Of a stretch of DNA of 64,000 nucleotides, positions 9,246 to 18,455 are shown in pieces. Under the pieces are notes generated by a model. That model was not told the origin of the DNA. It saw nothing but the letters and a program-made list of their open reading frames with translations, and ran no database searches. The DNA is from Candidatus Dormiibacterota bacterium (lineage in GTDB: Bacteria; Chloroflexota; Dormibacteria; Aeolococcales; Bog-877): assembly GCA_035534755.1 (NCBI GenBank), contig DATLRH010000005.1:6128-70127 (forward strand), in the 5' to 3' direction. Position 1 is the first letter of the stretch. Each line of letters opens with the position of its first letter. Both the position numbers and the translations under genes were made by a program.

Positions 9246-12200
9246 TCAGCCGATCTTGGGGCCACGAGCGGGCCTGCTCCGGACCGGGTCAATCGGCGCC
9301 CCCAAGCGGGCTAGCTCGCCCGTGGCGGATTCCAGGCCCGGGGAGTCGGGCAGGCCGAGGACCGTGCTCAGAACTGCCAAGTCGAGCACCGTGCGGGCGC
9401 TCCAGTAGGGGTACCCGAGGGCGGCGAAGGCCGCGGCCGCGTCGTCGAGGAGCAGCCCACCAGCTTGCGGATCCTCGGTCCCTGCCAGCCCCCGATAGCG
9501 GAGCCTCTGAGCGTCCAGATAGGGTGGTGTCAGTCCGCTGCTGGCGTCGGGGAGGTTTCCGAGCAGTTCGTCAAGGTGGTTCTCAGATCCGAGCTGGAGT
9601 GCCGCCTCGCAGGCGTCCGGCCAGGCTTGACGTGCGATCTCATGGCGCCAGCCGAAGCTGGGGACGGCGACCACGAGCGCTGCCTGGGCGCTGGCCAGCG
9701 CCTCCCCGGGGCTCCCCTCCGCCAGCAGCACGGTGGCCTCCAGGGCGAGCCGGAGCGTGCGGGGCTCGCTGGAGTCGTGCTGCGCCCAGCGGGAGAGCCG
9801 GGAGAGCTCTTCCCGGGCCGTGGTTGGATCACCTCGGAGGGCCGCCAGCAGCACCAGTCGGCTGTGCAGGATCTCCTGGCCATGGTGCTCTTCGGCAAGC
9901 AGAACCCGAGCGATCTCCTCGGCCCCATCCCAGTCGCCGGCGAACAGTTGGGCGAGCATCAGGTTGCCGCTGAGGAAGGTTTCGGAGTAGCGCTGTCCCA
10001 GTCGTCGAGCGATCGCCAGCGCGGCCTCCAGGTGGGCGATCGCCTCCGGCAGATCGTTGGCCATCCTGGTGTCGGCGCTGTTGGCGTGCCCGGAGAGCAG
10101 CTCCTCCGAGGCCAGCTGGCGGGTCCCGGCGATCTCGATGGTCCGCTCGAAAAACTCAAGGGCCTGCTGGGAGTCACCGTTCGAGCGCAGCAGCAGCGCC
10201 TTGGTCTCCAGAGCGTCGCACTGAACCTGGGGCAGGTCGAGCTGCTCGGCGAGGACCAAGGCACGCTCGACGTGGGGCAGAGCCTCGGTCCCCGATCCCG
10301 AGATCGATAGCTCGCGCCCAAGCTGGGAGGAGACGCGGGCCAACGCGGGTCCCACGGCTTCCGTCTCGAGCACCGCGAGGGCCGCCCGCAACCTCCCGAT
10401 CGCCTCCCCCGCCCTGCCCAGCCGACCCAGCGCGCTTCCGATCTCCCCCTCCAGGCGGGCCGCGTCCAGCCCCCGGCCCGCCTCGCTGTGGGCCTGGGCC
10501 ACCTCCTCGAACAGCTCCAGCGACTCAGCAACCCGCCCGGCGCGAAAGAACATCTGAGCGGCGGCCTCCCGGTGCTCGAGCGCCAGCCTCGGCTCGTCGG
10601 CCAGCTCCGCCGCCTGGAGGAGGTGGGCGGCGGCCCGCTCCGGCGCCCCCACCCCGGCGGCCCGGTCGGCACCCCGGACCAGCCACTCGCTCGCCAATGA
10701 CCTGACCTCGGTCGAGTCAGGGGCGGCCGGATCGGCCCGAAAGGCAGCCCGGTAGTGATCGGCGATCGACTCGGACACCTCCTCGCCACCGGCCGCGAAA
10801 ACCGACTCCAGATGGGAGGCCACGAGGAGGTGGCGGGCCCGGCGCTCGCGCTTGCCGAGGCGGTCGTAGGCCACCGTCCGGAGCAGGGTCTGGCTGAACA
10901 CATAGCTCCCACCCTCGGTTTCCCGCCAGTTCGCAGAGGTGGTGAGCACCTGCTTGCGCAGCAGCGAGCGGAGCAGCCGCTCCAGCTCGGCCGGGTCGAG
11001 TGAGCTGACGGCCTCCACGGCGTCCCCGCCGAAGCTGAGGCCGATGACGGCAAGATCTTTGACCAGGGACCGCTCGGGTGGATCCAGCTCGTCGAGACGG
11101 GCAGCGATCAACGCCTCCAGCGAGACCGGGGTGTCGAGCTCGGTGAGCTCCTGGGTGAGCGCGAGGACTCCGCCCCGCTGCTCCAGGAGGCCCCGGTCGG
11201 CGAGCATGTGAACTGTCTCGACCGCGAAAAGGGGGATGCCCTCAGCCCGGCTCACCACCTGCCGCCGGCTAGCGCCGGGCATACCCGGGACGAGGTCCTC
11301 CAGCAGCCTCCCAATCTCCCCGTCCTCGAGACGTTTGAGTTCGATGGTCGAGACCTGCTGCGGGTTGGACCAGGCCTCCCGGCGCTGAAGCAGCTCGGGC
11401 CGGGTGAGGCCGACCACCAGCACCGGCTGGTGGGGTGCGGCGCTGATCAGGTAGTCCAGGAAGTCGAGAAGACCCGAGTCGGCCCACTGGAGGTTCTCAA
11501 TCGCGATCACCACCGGTCGAGTTCTGGCGAGCCCGTCGATGAACGTCCGCCAGCCCGCGAAGAACTCCTCCCGGGAGGGGGGCTGCTCTGGCCCCGGTAA
11601 CCCCAGCAGGGCAGCTAGCTTCGGCCTGACGAACTCCCGGTCTCCGCGATCAGGCAGGTAGCGCTCGAGCCCCTCCTCAAGTTTGGCAGCGGCGATTTCC
11701 GGCTCGTCGTCGTCGGAGACTCCTAGTCTCTGGCGAAAGACCCGGGAGAGGGCGCCATAGGCGATCCCGGATCCGTATGAGGTGCACCCCGACTCGTGCC
11801 AGAGCACGCGCGTGGGGATCTCATCGACGTAGTGGTCGAGCTCGGCCAGCATCCGGGACTTGCCGATGCCAGCTGGCCCGGTGACCAGCAGAAGAGCCGC
11901 CTCGGAGCTGCTGACCACCCGCTCGAATACGGCTCGCATCTGGCCCACCTCGGCATCTCGGCCGTAGGTGGTGCTCGCGGCTGGCACGGCGTCGCTCCGT
12001 GCCGACCCTGTTGCCCAGGCCCGGACCGCCTGCCACAGCTGCAGCGGCTCAGACTTGCCCTTGACCTCGTGGATGCCCGCGTCCAGGTACTCAATGACGG
12101 CGCCCGTCGCCTCGCGGGTAAGCCCGTCCACCAGCACCCCACCGGGGGGTGCCGCGGATTGGACCCGGGAGGCAGTGTTGACGCGGTCCCCCACCACCAG

Positions 12201-12749
12201 CCCCTCCGAGGAGCTCGCCCAGGAGGCCGCCCGGCCGGTGGCGATGCCGCCGCGAGCCCGAAGTTGGGGCGCGCTGACGCGATCGGCGAATGCCGAGACG
12301 GCCTCGACTAGCTCCAGTCCGGCCCGGACCGCGCGAAGTGCGTCGTCCTCATGGGCAAGCGGGGCGCCCCAGACCGCCATCACGGCATCGCCGATGAACT
12401 TTTCGATCGAACCGCCGTGGCGCCCGACGACTTCGCGGGCGACTGCGAAGTAGTTGCTCAGCAGTTCCCGCATGTCCTCCGCATCTCGGGACTCCGAGAG
12501 GGAGGTGAATCCGACCAGGTCGACGAACATCACGGAGACGAGTCGGACCTCCGCCGAGACGGCCGGCGCACGGCCGGTGTCGGCCGGGGCCTGGAGTTCG
12601 ACCGGCGCTCCGCAGTTGGCGCAGAAGCGCTGGCCGGGCTGGAGCTGAGCACCGCATCGGGAGCACCCCGGGGCGAGAGCCGTGCCACAGCCGGCACAGA
12701 AGCGCTGGCCGGGGACGATCTCGGCATCGCAGTTGGGACACCTATTCAC
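9246..12749 (-). CDS. Multidomain adenylate/guanylate cyclase: double zinc-ribbon – class III cyclase (CHD) – AAA/STAND P-loop ATPase – TPR repeats
   Basis: 1167 aa. N-terminus CPNCDAEIVPGQRFCAGCG / CSRCGAQLQPGQRFCANCG. CHD core VMFVDLVGFTSLSE…IEKFIGDAVMAVWGAP. Walker A GPAGIGKSRMLAEL. The C-terminal third is helical-repeat (TPR-like). No LuxR HTH is present. Confidence 0.85.
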   Translation of the reverse strand: MNRCPNCDAEIVPGQRFCAGCGTALAPGCSRCGAQLQPGQRFCANCGAPVELQAPADTGRAPAVSAEVRLVSVMFVDLVGFTSLSESRDAEDMRELLSNYFAVAREVVGRHGGSIEKFIGDAVMAVWGAPLAHEDDALRAVRAGLELVEAVSAFADRVSAPQLRARGGIATGRAASWASSSEGLVVGDRVNTASRVQSAAPPGGVLVDGLTREATGAVIEYLDAGIHEVKGKSEPLQLWQAVRAWATGSARSDAVPAASTTYGRDAEVGQMRAVFERVVSSSEAALLLVTGPAGIGKSRMLAELDHYVDEIPTRVLWHESGCTSYGSGIAYGALSRVFRQRLGVSDDDEPEIAAAKLEEGLERYLPDRGDREFVRPKLAALLGLPGPEQPPSREEFFAGWRTFIDGLARTRPVVIAIENLQWADSGLLDFLDYLISAAPHQPVLVVGLTRPELLQRREAWSNPQQVSTIELKRLEDGEIGRLLEDLVPGMPGASRRQVVSRAEGIPLFAVETVHMLADRGLLEQRGGVLALTQELTELDTPVSLEALIAARLDELDPPERSLVKDLAVIGLSFGGDAVEAVSSLDPAELERLLRSLLRKQVLTTSANWRETEGGSYVFSQTLLRTVAYDRLGKRERRARHLLVASHLESVFAAGGEEVSESIADHYRAAFRADPAAPDSTEVRSLASEWLVRGADRAAGVGAPERAAAHLLQAAELADEPRLALEHREAAAQMFFRAGRVAESLELFEEVAQAHSEAGRGLDAARLEGEIGSALGRLGRAGEAIGRLRAALAVLETEAVGPALARVSSQLGRELSISGSGTEALPHVERALVLAEQLDLPQVQCDALETKALLLRSNGDSQQALEFFERTIEIAGTRQLASEELLSGHANSADTRMANDLPEAIAHLEAALAIARRLGQRYSETFLSGNLMLAQLFAGDWDGAEEIARVLLAEEHHGQEILHSRLVLLAALRGDPTTAREELSRLSRWAQHDSSEPRTLRLALEATVLLAEGSPGEALASAQAALVVAVPSFGWRHEIARQAWPDACEAALQLGSENHLDELLGNLPDASSGLTPPYLDAQRLRYRGLAGTEDPQAGGLLLDDAAAAFAALGYPYWSARTVLDLAVLSTVLGLPDSPGLESATGELARLGAPIDPVRSRPARGPKIG

Positions 12750-12816
12750 CAGGCCCCTAGTTTGGCCGCTATGGCCACCCGGGCGCGCCTGCGGTTAGGT
12801 CGCCGGCGCCGGGGCG

Positions 12817-13824
12817 CTAAAGCTGGACTTTGGGCACAGCCGTCAACCAGGGTGCTGCTTCGGCCCGGATGGTGTCGGGGTTGGACCCTCGGGCCCGGGC
12901 CAGCTCACCGACCAGGCGATGGAAGGATGCGATCGCGACCAGTGGTCGGATTAGATAATCGCACTCGGCGAAGCGCAGATCCGCTCCAGAATGCCCGCAG
13001 CTGAACACGGTGACCCCCAGCTCGGTGAGCAGCTCGCCCAGCTCCTGGCTGCGGCCGCCATCCTCCCGGCCTGGGCGGATGAGGATCGCGGCCCGAGGTG
13101 GCTCGAAAACAGCCGGAGTCCCATGCAGGGCGAACTCCTCGGCCATCCCCTCGGCCCAGATGTACGTCCCCTCCTTCAGCTTGAGAGCCGCCTCCCGAGC
13201 CGTGATCTCGTCGATGCCGAACCCGGTCACCAGTATCGAATCGCGCTGGCTCAACTGAGCGGCGGCCTCGCTCGGCGCCGGCTCCTGGAGCGTCGCCTCG
13301 ATCGCGGCGGGAGCCTCCGGAAGCGCCCGAACGAGAGCGTTCCCTTCCTCGCCGACCAGACGGGCCACCAACTTCCCCAGCACGGCCAGGGCGGTGACAT
13401 AGGAGACCGAATGGGTGCTCGCGCGCTCGTCGGCGCAAGTCCGCAGCACGACGTCCGCCGAGGGGTTCGGGTTCCCCCCGCCGGTGACCAGGATGGTGGT
13501 GGCGCCACTGGCCTGGGCCCGCTCTAGCAACAGGTTGGGGAAGCGCTTGGTGCCGCGGTGACTCACCACGACTACCTGGTCGCCCCGGCGAAGGTCACCG
13601 TGGAGGGCCACCTCGTGGGCCTCAAGAGCGGCCGGCCGGAGGCGACCGCCGGTGAGCTCCGCGACCCAGTAGGCGGCGACCTGGCAAGCGTGCAGTGAGG
13701 TGCCGATCCCGGAAAAGAGGAGGGGACGGTCGCGGTCGAGAGCTGGAACGTCGACGGAGTGGAGCGCCTCGGCGACGGCCTGACCTTGGCCGGCAACCTG
13801 CTCATCAAAGGCGAACTCAGTCAC
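12817..13824 (-). CDS. SIS (sugar isomerase) domain protein, GlmS-C-terminal/AgaS-like, two SIS repeats
   Basis: 335 aa. GIGTSLHA…VVVSHRGTKR…ILVTGGGNP segments resemble tandem SIS domains. No GATase domain is present. Confidence 0.6.
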   Translation of the reverse strand: MTEFAFDEQVAGQGQAVAEALHSVDVPALDRDRPLLFSGIGTSLHACQVAAYWVAELTGGRLRPAALEAHEVALHGDLRRGDQVVVVSHRGTKRFPNLLLERAQASGATTILVTGGGNPNPSADVVLRTCADERASTHSVSYVTALAVLGKLVARLVGEEGNALVRALPEAPAAIEATLQEPAPSEAAAQLSQRDSILVTGFGIDEITAREAALKLKEGTYIWAEGMAEEFALHGTPAVFEPPRAAILIRPGREDGGRSQELGELLTELGVTVFSCGHSGADLRFAECDYLIRPLVAIASFHRLVGELARARGSNPDTIRAEAAPWLTAVPKVQL

Positions 13825-14437
13825 GGTGAGCAGCCGCAGCGGGCCCGCCGAACCCCCCCAGCTCGGCCGGGCGGGTGGCCCAATCGGTGGGAGCGATCCG
13901 GTACAGGACGTGGGGCCCGAGATGGTGACCGGGCGGGAGGTTGGGGTGGACGAAGTCGTCGCTCGGGTCGCGCCGCATGCCGAGCCGCTCCATCACGCGC
14001 TGTGAGCGCAGGTTCGAGTAGCTCGTGAAGGAGACGATCTCCGAAAGCTGAAGGGAATCGAACCCCAAGGTGATGGCGGCCGCGGCCCCCTCAGTAGCGT
14101 AACCGTGATGCCAGTACGCCGGCGCCAGCCGCCAGCCCACCTCCACCGCCGGAGTGAACCGTGCTTCGAATGCGGGTCGGCTGAGCCCCACGAATCCGGC
14201 GAATCCTCTGTCCGCCGCGATCTCGACCGCCCAGAGCCCCCAACCGTCGAAGCGAAGCTGCTCCTCGATGCGATCGGCCAGCCGATCGCTCTCCCGACGA
14301 GAGAGAAGTCCCGGGAAGTGTTCCATCACCACCGGATCGGCATTGATGGCCGCGAACGGCTCACGGTCACTCGGACGCCAGTCGCGGAGTCTAAGTCGTG
14401 ACGTTCGAAGTTGCGCCGGAGCTCCTCGGATGCCCAC
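13817..14437 (-). CDS. GNAT family N-acetyltransferase (RimJ/RimL-like)
   Basis: 206 aa. WHHGYATEGAAAAITLGFDSLQLSEIVSFTSYSNLRSQRVMERLGM matches GNAT motifs A/B. It overlaps the SIS gene start by 8 nt. Confidence 0.8.
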   Translation of the reverse strand: MGIRGAPAQLRTSRLRLRDWRPSDREPFAAINADPVVMEHFPGLLSRRESDRLADRIEEQLRFDGWGLWAVEIAADRGFAGFVGLSRPAFEARFTPAVEVGWRLAPAYWHHGYATEGAAAAITLGFDSLQLSEIVSFTSYSNLRSQRVMERLGMRRDPSDDFVHPNLPPGHHLGPHVLYRIAPTDWATRPAELGGFGGPAAAAHRD

Positions 14438-14736
14438 CGACCCAGCCTACCGGCTCGACAACCCCGGGCGGCATCTGGCAGAAGCGGTTCCGGGCGATGG
14501 ACAGAGGTCGAAGAGGGTTCGGACGACGTCTCCTGGGAGGATCTCCCCGTAAAGCGTTGGGAGCTGCCGGCTGCCTACGTCTGATCTGACTTGGCCGGTA
14601 CACCCACGCGTAAATCAGCTCGCAGTTTGAACCAGCCGCGCTGGCTGGCCGACACGGGCCCGAGAAAGTGGTCAAAGCGGTCCTCGCGAGATCAGTCAGG
14701 CGGCGGCGCAGAGGTACTGATAGCCTCGAGCATGTG

Positions 14737-14910
14737 ATGCGAAGGCGCCGAGCGTCCCTGATCCCAATCATCTGGATTGTCCTCGGCATCATCGTGGCGG
14801 CGACCCACGGCTACTTCGCCTCGCTGAGCACCCCGACGACCCTCGGCTCGGCGATCCTGGCGGTCATCCTCTGGCCGCTGGTCTTGCTCAACATTCACAT
14901 CGCGATCTGA
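14737..14910 (+). CDS. Small two-TM membrane protein (hypothetical)
   Basis: MRRRRASLIPIIWIVLGIIVAATHGYFASLSTPTTLGSAILAVILWPLVLLNIHIAI. The start is taken at the internal ATG, since the track ORF 14668 has an Arg-rich leader. Confidence 0.5.
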   Translation: MRRRRASLIPIIWIVLGIIVAATHGYFASLSTPTTLGSAILAVILWPLVLLNIHIAI

Positions 14911-15136
14911 GGCCTCTGCCTTCGGTTATCCGACGTTTCGGAAATGAGCGGGGTCTGAGCACCCCCAGCGCGACACCGAGGCTCAACAGGTCTGGCGGGT
15001 CTCTACGCGATCAGATTCGAGATCCCCCCTGGAAGTTGGCCCTGCGCTCGTGTGCAAGCTCCCCGTTGGGTCCATGACCGGGCATTCCCGGATGGTTGTC
15101 CTTGACACCCCGGACGCTTCTGGTATTATCGATGAT

Positions 15137-15904
15137 ATGACATTGAATGACCAATCACTTATTTTTCCGACCGTCGTTTGTGTCCCGTGCTTCTCTGGCG
15201 CTCCCTGGGACCTCGACCAGCTCGGCCCACTGGCATCCTGGCCCCGCCGGACCATGCGCCTGCCCGAACGGCTCGCGCAGGTGGAGGCCTACGCCGATGC
15301 CCTGGCCGAAGGGGTCAACGACCTCGACTCCTACGTTCTGGCGGGGGATTCGTTCGGCGCCGTCATCAGCCTCACCTTGGCGCTGCGCCAACCAGTCGGC
15401 CTGGCCGGCCTGGTCCTGTCCGGCGGGTTCCCCGCCAACCCACTCCCCAAATGGAAGGGGATCGCCGGCCACCTGTCCCGCTACGCCATAGGCCCGCTGT
15501 ACCACCAAGGCACCCTGCGCATTCACGCTTACCAACTCCACTCGACGTTCGACGCTCATGCCGAGGTTCCCCAGACCCAGACGGACTACCGGCGCCTGTT
15601 CGTCGAGAACACGCCTCGTCGCAGCTACAGCGCCCGGGTCACGTCCGTCGCGCACTTCGACGTCGTGGACCGGCTCCGTCAAGTCAACGTCCCGACGCTG
15701 ATCATCACCCCCGCTGATGACCGGCTGGTCGGAGAGGCAGCAGCCAAGCAGATGCTCGACGGGATCGCCGGATCACGCGAAGTGGTGCTCCCCGAGACTG
15801 GGCACATGTTCCGCTTCACGCACCCGACGCTCTATGCGCAGACCATCGCCGACTTCCTCGCCGAGATCCCCGCACCGGCCGCCTCTGCGGTCAGTCCTCG
15901 CTGA
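15137..15904 (+). CDS. Alpha/beta hydrolase fold protein
   Basis: Nucleophile elbow GDSFG in LAGDSFGAVISLTLA. The start is taken at MTLNDQ, the internal Met of the track ORF 15050. Confidence 0.75.
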   Translation: MTLNDQSLIFPTVVCVPCFSGAPWDLDQLGPLASWPRRTMRLPERLAQVEAYADALAEGVNDLDSYVLAGDSFGAVISLTLALRQPVGLAGLVLSGGFPANPLPKWKGIAGHLSRYAIGPLYHQGTLRIHAYQLHSTFDAHAEVPQTQTDYRRLFVENTPRRSYSARVTSVAHFDVVDRLRQVNVPTLIITPADDRLVGEAAAKQMLDGIAGSREVVLPETGHMFRFTHPTLYAQTIADFLAEIPAPAASAVSPR

Positions 15905-16368
15905 TGGACTCGTCCGAGGAAGTGCGGTATCTGATCCTCGCCGCACAACGGGAGGGCAACCGCAGTCTTGGCGCCCTGCTCAGACCTCTCGGTCTCTCAC
16001 CATCGCAGGCCGAGGTGCTGCGGGTCCTCGCCGACCACGGGCCTCTGGCCCTTGTCGACCTGGGTGCCAGGCTCGTTTGCGAGAACGGCAATCCTAGCCG
16101 TCTGGTGGATGGATTGGTCACCGCCGGGTTGGTAGAGCGCATCTCCTCGGCCGAAGACCGCCGACGCGTGCGCCTCTCCCTCACCCGGGAAGGAACCAAA
16201 AAGGCGCGGGCGGTCCGACGGACCGAAGCAGAGCTACATGAGCTGATCGGCAACGTGCTCTCCGCAAAGGACCGGGTCCTCGTCAAGCGAATCCTCTGGG
16301 AGTTGGTCTCCGGATTGCCCGCCGGCGATGCGCTCGCGCTGCGAATCAAGTCGCGACCATCTACCTAA
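15904..16368 (+). CDS. MarR family transcriptional regulator
   Basis: 154 aa. SPSQAEVLRVLADHGPLALVDLGARLVCENGNPSRLVDGLVTAGLVERISSAEDRRRVRLSLTREG. TGATG overlap with the hydrolase gene. Confidence 0.85.
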   Translation: MDSSEEVRYLILAAQREGNRSLGALLRPLGLSPSQAEVLRVLADHGPLALVDLGARLVCENGNPSRLVDGLVTAGLVERISSAEDRRRVRLSLTREGTKKARAVRRTEAELHELIGNVLSAKDRVLVKRILWELVSGLPAGDALALRIKSRPST

Positions 16369-16575
16369 TCGCTATAGGGGAGAATCAAACGAATCGGGAT
16401 TCGGGTTCCGCTCCTTCGCCCACTACCCGACCCGGCTACTGGACCCCGCTCGTTTCCAAAGTGCCGGTTACCCACGTCGCGTCCTCGGACAGCGACGTTG
16501 GGCACCCCTGCCCGGGCGCGTTCCCCGACTGCCGCGGGACCCGACCGCTAGGCCGCCCTCGGTCAACGACCGCGG

Positions 16576-18411
16576 CTAGGGGCGCGCATCGCGACGCGAG
16601 ACCCGGTGCTGGCGGGCCCGCAGGCTCTGGTCGAGGATCATCTTGCGCAACCTGACCGCCTTGGGAGTCACCTCGACGCACTCATCCTCCCCTATGAATT
16701 CCAGAGCCTGCTCCAAGGAGAACTGGAGATAGGGCGTGAGCCGCTCCAGCTCCTCCTGGGTCGAGGAGCGGATGTTGGTCTTCTGCTTCTCCTTGGTGGG
16801 GTTGACGTCCATCTCGTCTAGGCGGGCGTTCTCGCCCACCACCATCCCCTCGTACACCTGCGTCCCAGGGCCGATCAGCATGGTTCCCCGCTCTTGGAGG
16901 GACATCAGGGCCTCGGTGGTCGACATCCCCCGCCGATCCGCCACCATCGAGCCGTTGCGCCGGGTCTTGAGCGCCCCGTGCCAGGGCTCCCAGCCGTCAA
17001 AGACGTTGTGGAGTACTCCGGTCCCCCGCGTCTCGACCAGGAATTCTGTGCGGAATCCGACCAGCCCACGGGACGGAACTCGGTAGTCCATCCGGACCCA
17101 CCCGGTGCCGTGGTTGACGATCTCCTCGAGGCGCCCCTGACGTAAGGCGATCAGCTGGGTCACGACCCCGACGTAGTCCTCGGGGACGTCGATCGCGACC
17201 CGCTCCATCGGCTCGTGAAGTTTTCCGTCGATCTCCCGGGTCACCACCTGAGGCTTGCCCACGGTGAGCTCAAATCCCTCCCGGCGCATCGTCTCGACCA
17301 GAACCGCCAGCTGCAGCTCTCCCCTACCCTGCACCTCCCAGGTGTCCGGACGAGGGGTGGGCAGCACCCGGAGCGAGACGTTTCCGACCAGTTCCGCGTC
17401 GAGCCGATTCTTGATCATGCGGGCGGTCAACTTGGTTCCGTCAGTGCCCGAGAGCGGCGAGGTGTTGATGCCAATGGTGGTCGCCAGGCTGGGCTCGTCG
17501 ACCAGGATCGCCGGTAGGGGGCGGGCGTCGTCGGCGTCGGCCAGAGTGTCGCCGATCGAGATCTCAGCGAAGCCGGCAACGGCAACTATCTCGCCCGGGC
17601 CGGCGGCCTCCACGTCGACCCGATCGAGCGCCCGGGAGGCGTAAAGCTCGGTGATCCGAGCGCGCACCACCGAGCCGCCCACCCGGCACCAGGCGACGGT
17701 GTCGCCCCGGCGCAGGGTCCCGTTGTGGACCCGGCAGATTGCGAGGCGGCCAACGTAGGCGGACGCATCCAGGTTGGTGACCAGCGCCTGGAGGGGGTGG
17801 CCCTCCTCGTAGGTGGGGGCCGGGATGCTCTTGACAATGGCATCGAACAAAGGGACCAGGTCGGTGCCCGGTACCGCCGGGTCGGTGCTCGCCCAGCCCG
17901 CCCGAGCATTGGCGTAGAGGACCGGAAAGACGATCTGTTCCTCGTCGGCGCCGAGATCCAGGAAGAGGTCTTCGATCTCGCGAACGACCTCCTCAATGCG
18001 GGCATCGGCGCGGTCGACCTTGTTGACCACAACCACCACCGCCAGCCGCGCCTCAAGGGTCTTGCGGAGCACGAACCTGGTCTGCGGCAGCGGGCCTTCC
18101 GACGCGTCCACCAGCAGAAGCACCCCGTCCACCATGGCCAGGCCCCGCTCCACCTCGCCCCCGAAATCGGCGTGCCCAGGAGTGTCGACTATGGTGATCT
18201 TGGTGGGCCCGTACTGCACTGCGGTGTGCTTGGCCAGGATGGTTATCCCCTTCTCCCGCTCCAGGTCACCGGAGTCGAGCACCCGATCGGTGATCTCTTG
18301 GTTGGCGCGGAAGGAGCCAGTCTGCTGCAGCATGGCGTTGACCAACGTGGTCTTGCCATGGTCTACGTGGGCAACTATGGCTACGTTGCGAAGGTCGTCG
18401 CGCAGAGGCAT
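16576..18411 (-). CDS. typA: Translational GTPase TypA/BipA
   Basis: 611 aa. N-terminus LRNVAIVAHVDHGKTTLVNAML, DTPGHADFGGEVER, NKVDR. Full-length colinearity with BipA. Confidence 0.95.
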   Translation of the reverse strand: MPLRDDLRNVAIVAHVDHGKTTLVNAMLQQTGSFRANQEITDRVLDSGDLEREKGITILAKHTAVQYGPTKITIVDTPGHADFGGEVERGLAMVDGVLLLVDASEGPLPQTRFVLRKTLEARLAVVVVVNKVDRADARIEEVVREIEDLFLDLGADEEQIVFPVLYANARAGWASTDPAVPGTDLVPLFDAIVKSIPAPTYEEGHPLQALVTNLDASAYVGRLAICRVHNGTLRRGDTVAWCRVGGSVVRARITELYASRALDRVDVEAAGPGEIVAVAGFAEISIGDTLADADDARPLPAILVDEPSLATTIGINTSPLSGTDGTKLTARMIKNRLDAELVGNVSLRVLPTPRPDTWEVQGRGELQLAVLVETMRREGFELTVGKPQVVTREIDGKLHEPMERVAIDVPEDYVGVVTQLIALRQGRLEEIVNHGTGWVRMDYRVPSRGLVGFRTEFLVETRGTGVLHNVFDGWEPWHGALKTRRNGSMVADRRGMSTTEALMSLQERGTMLIGPGTQVYEGMVVGENARLDEMDVNPTKEKQKTNIRSSTQEELERLTPYLQFSLEQALEFIGEDECVEVTPKAVRLRKMILDQSLRARQHRVSRRDARP

Positions 18412-18455
18412 CTGCGACCCAGGATAGCCAGGCGGAGCGCCTGCTCCGGGGCCGC

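Noticed and set aside
9465-11053. Multiple 80–360-aa ORFs inside the cyclase gene (9465–10310 +, 9959–11053 −, and others)
   Set aside because: Alternative frames of the 1167-aa cyclase–AAA–TPR gene. The in-frame protein has continuous domain evidence.
16369-16575. Candidate terminator between convergent marR (15904–16368) and typA
   Set aside because: Only imperfect, interrupted inverted repeats (gaccgctagg…ccgcggctagg). Not convincing enough to annotate.
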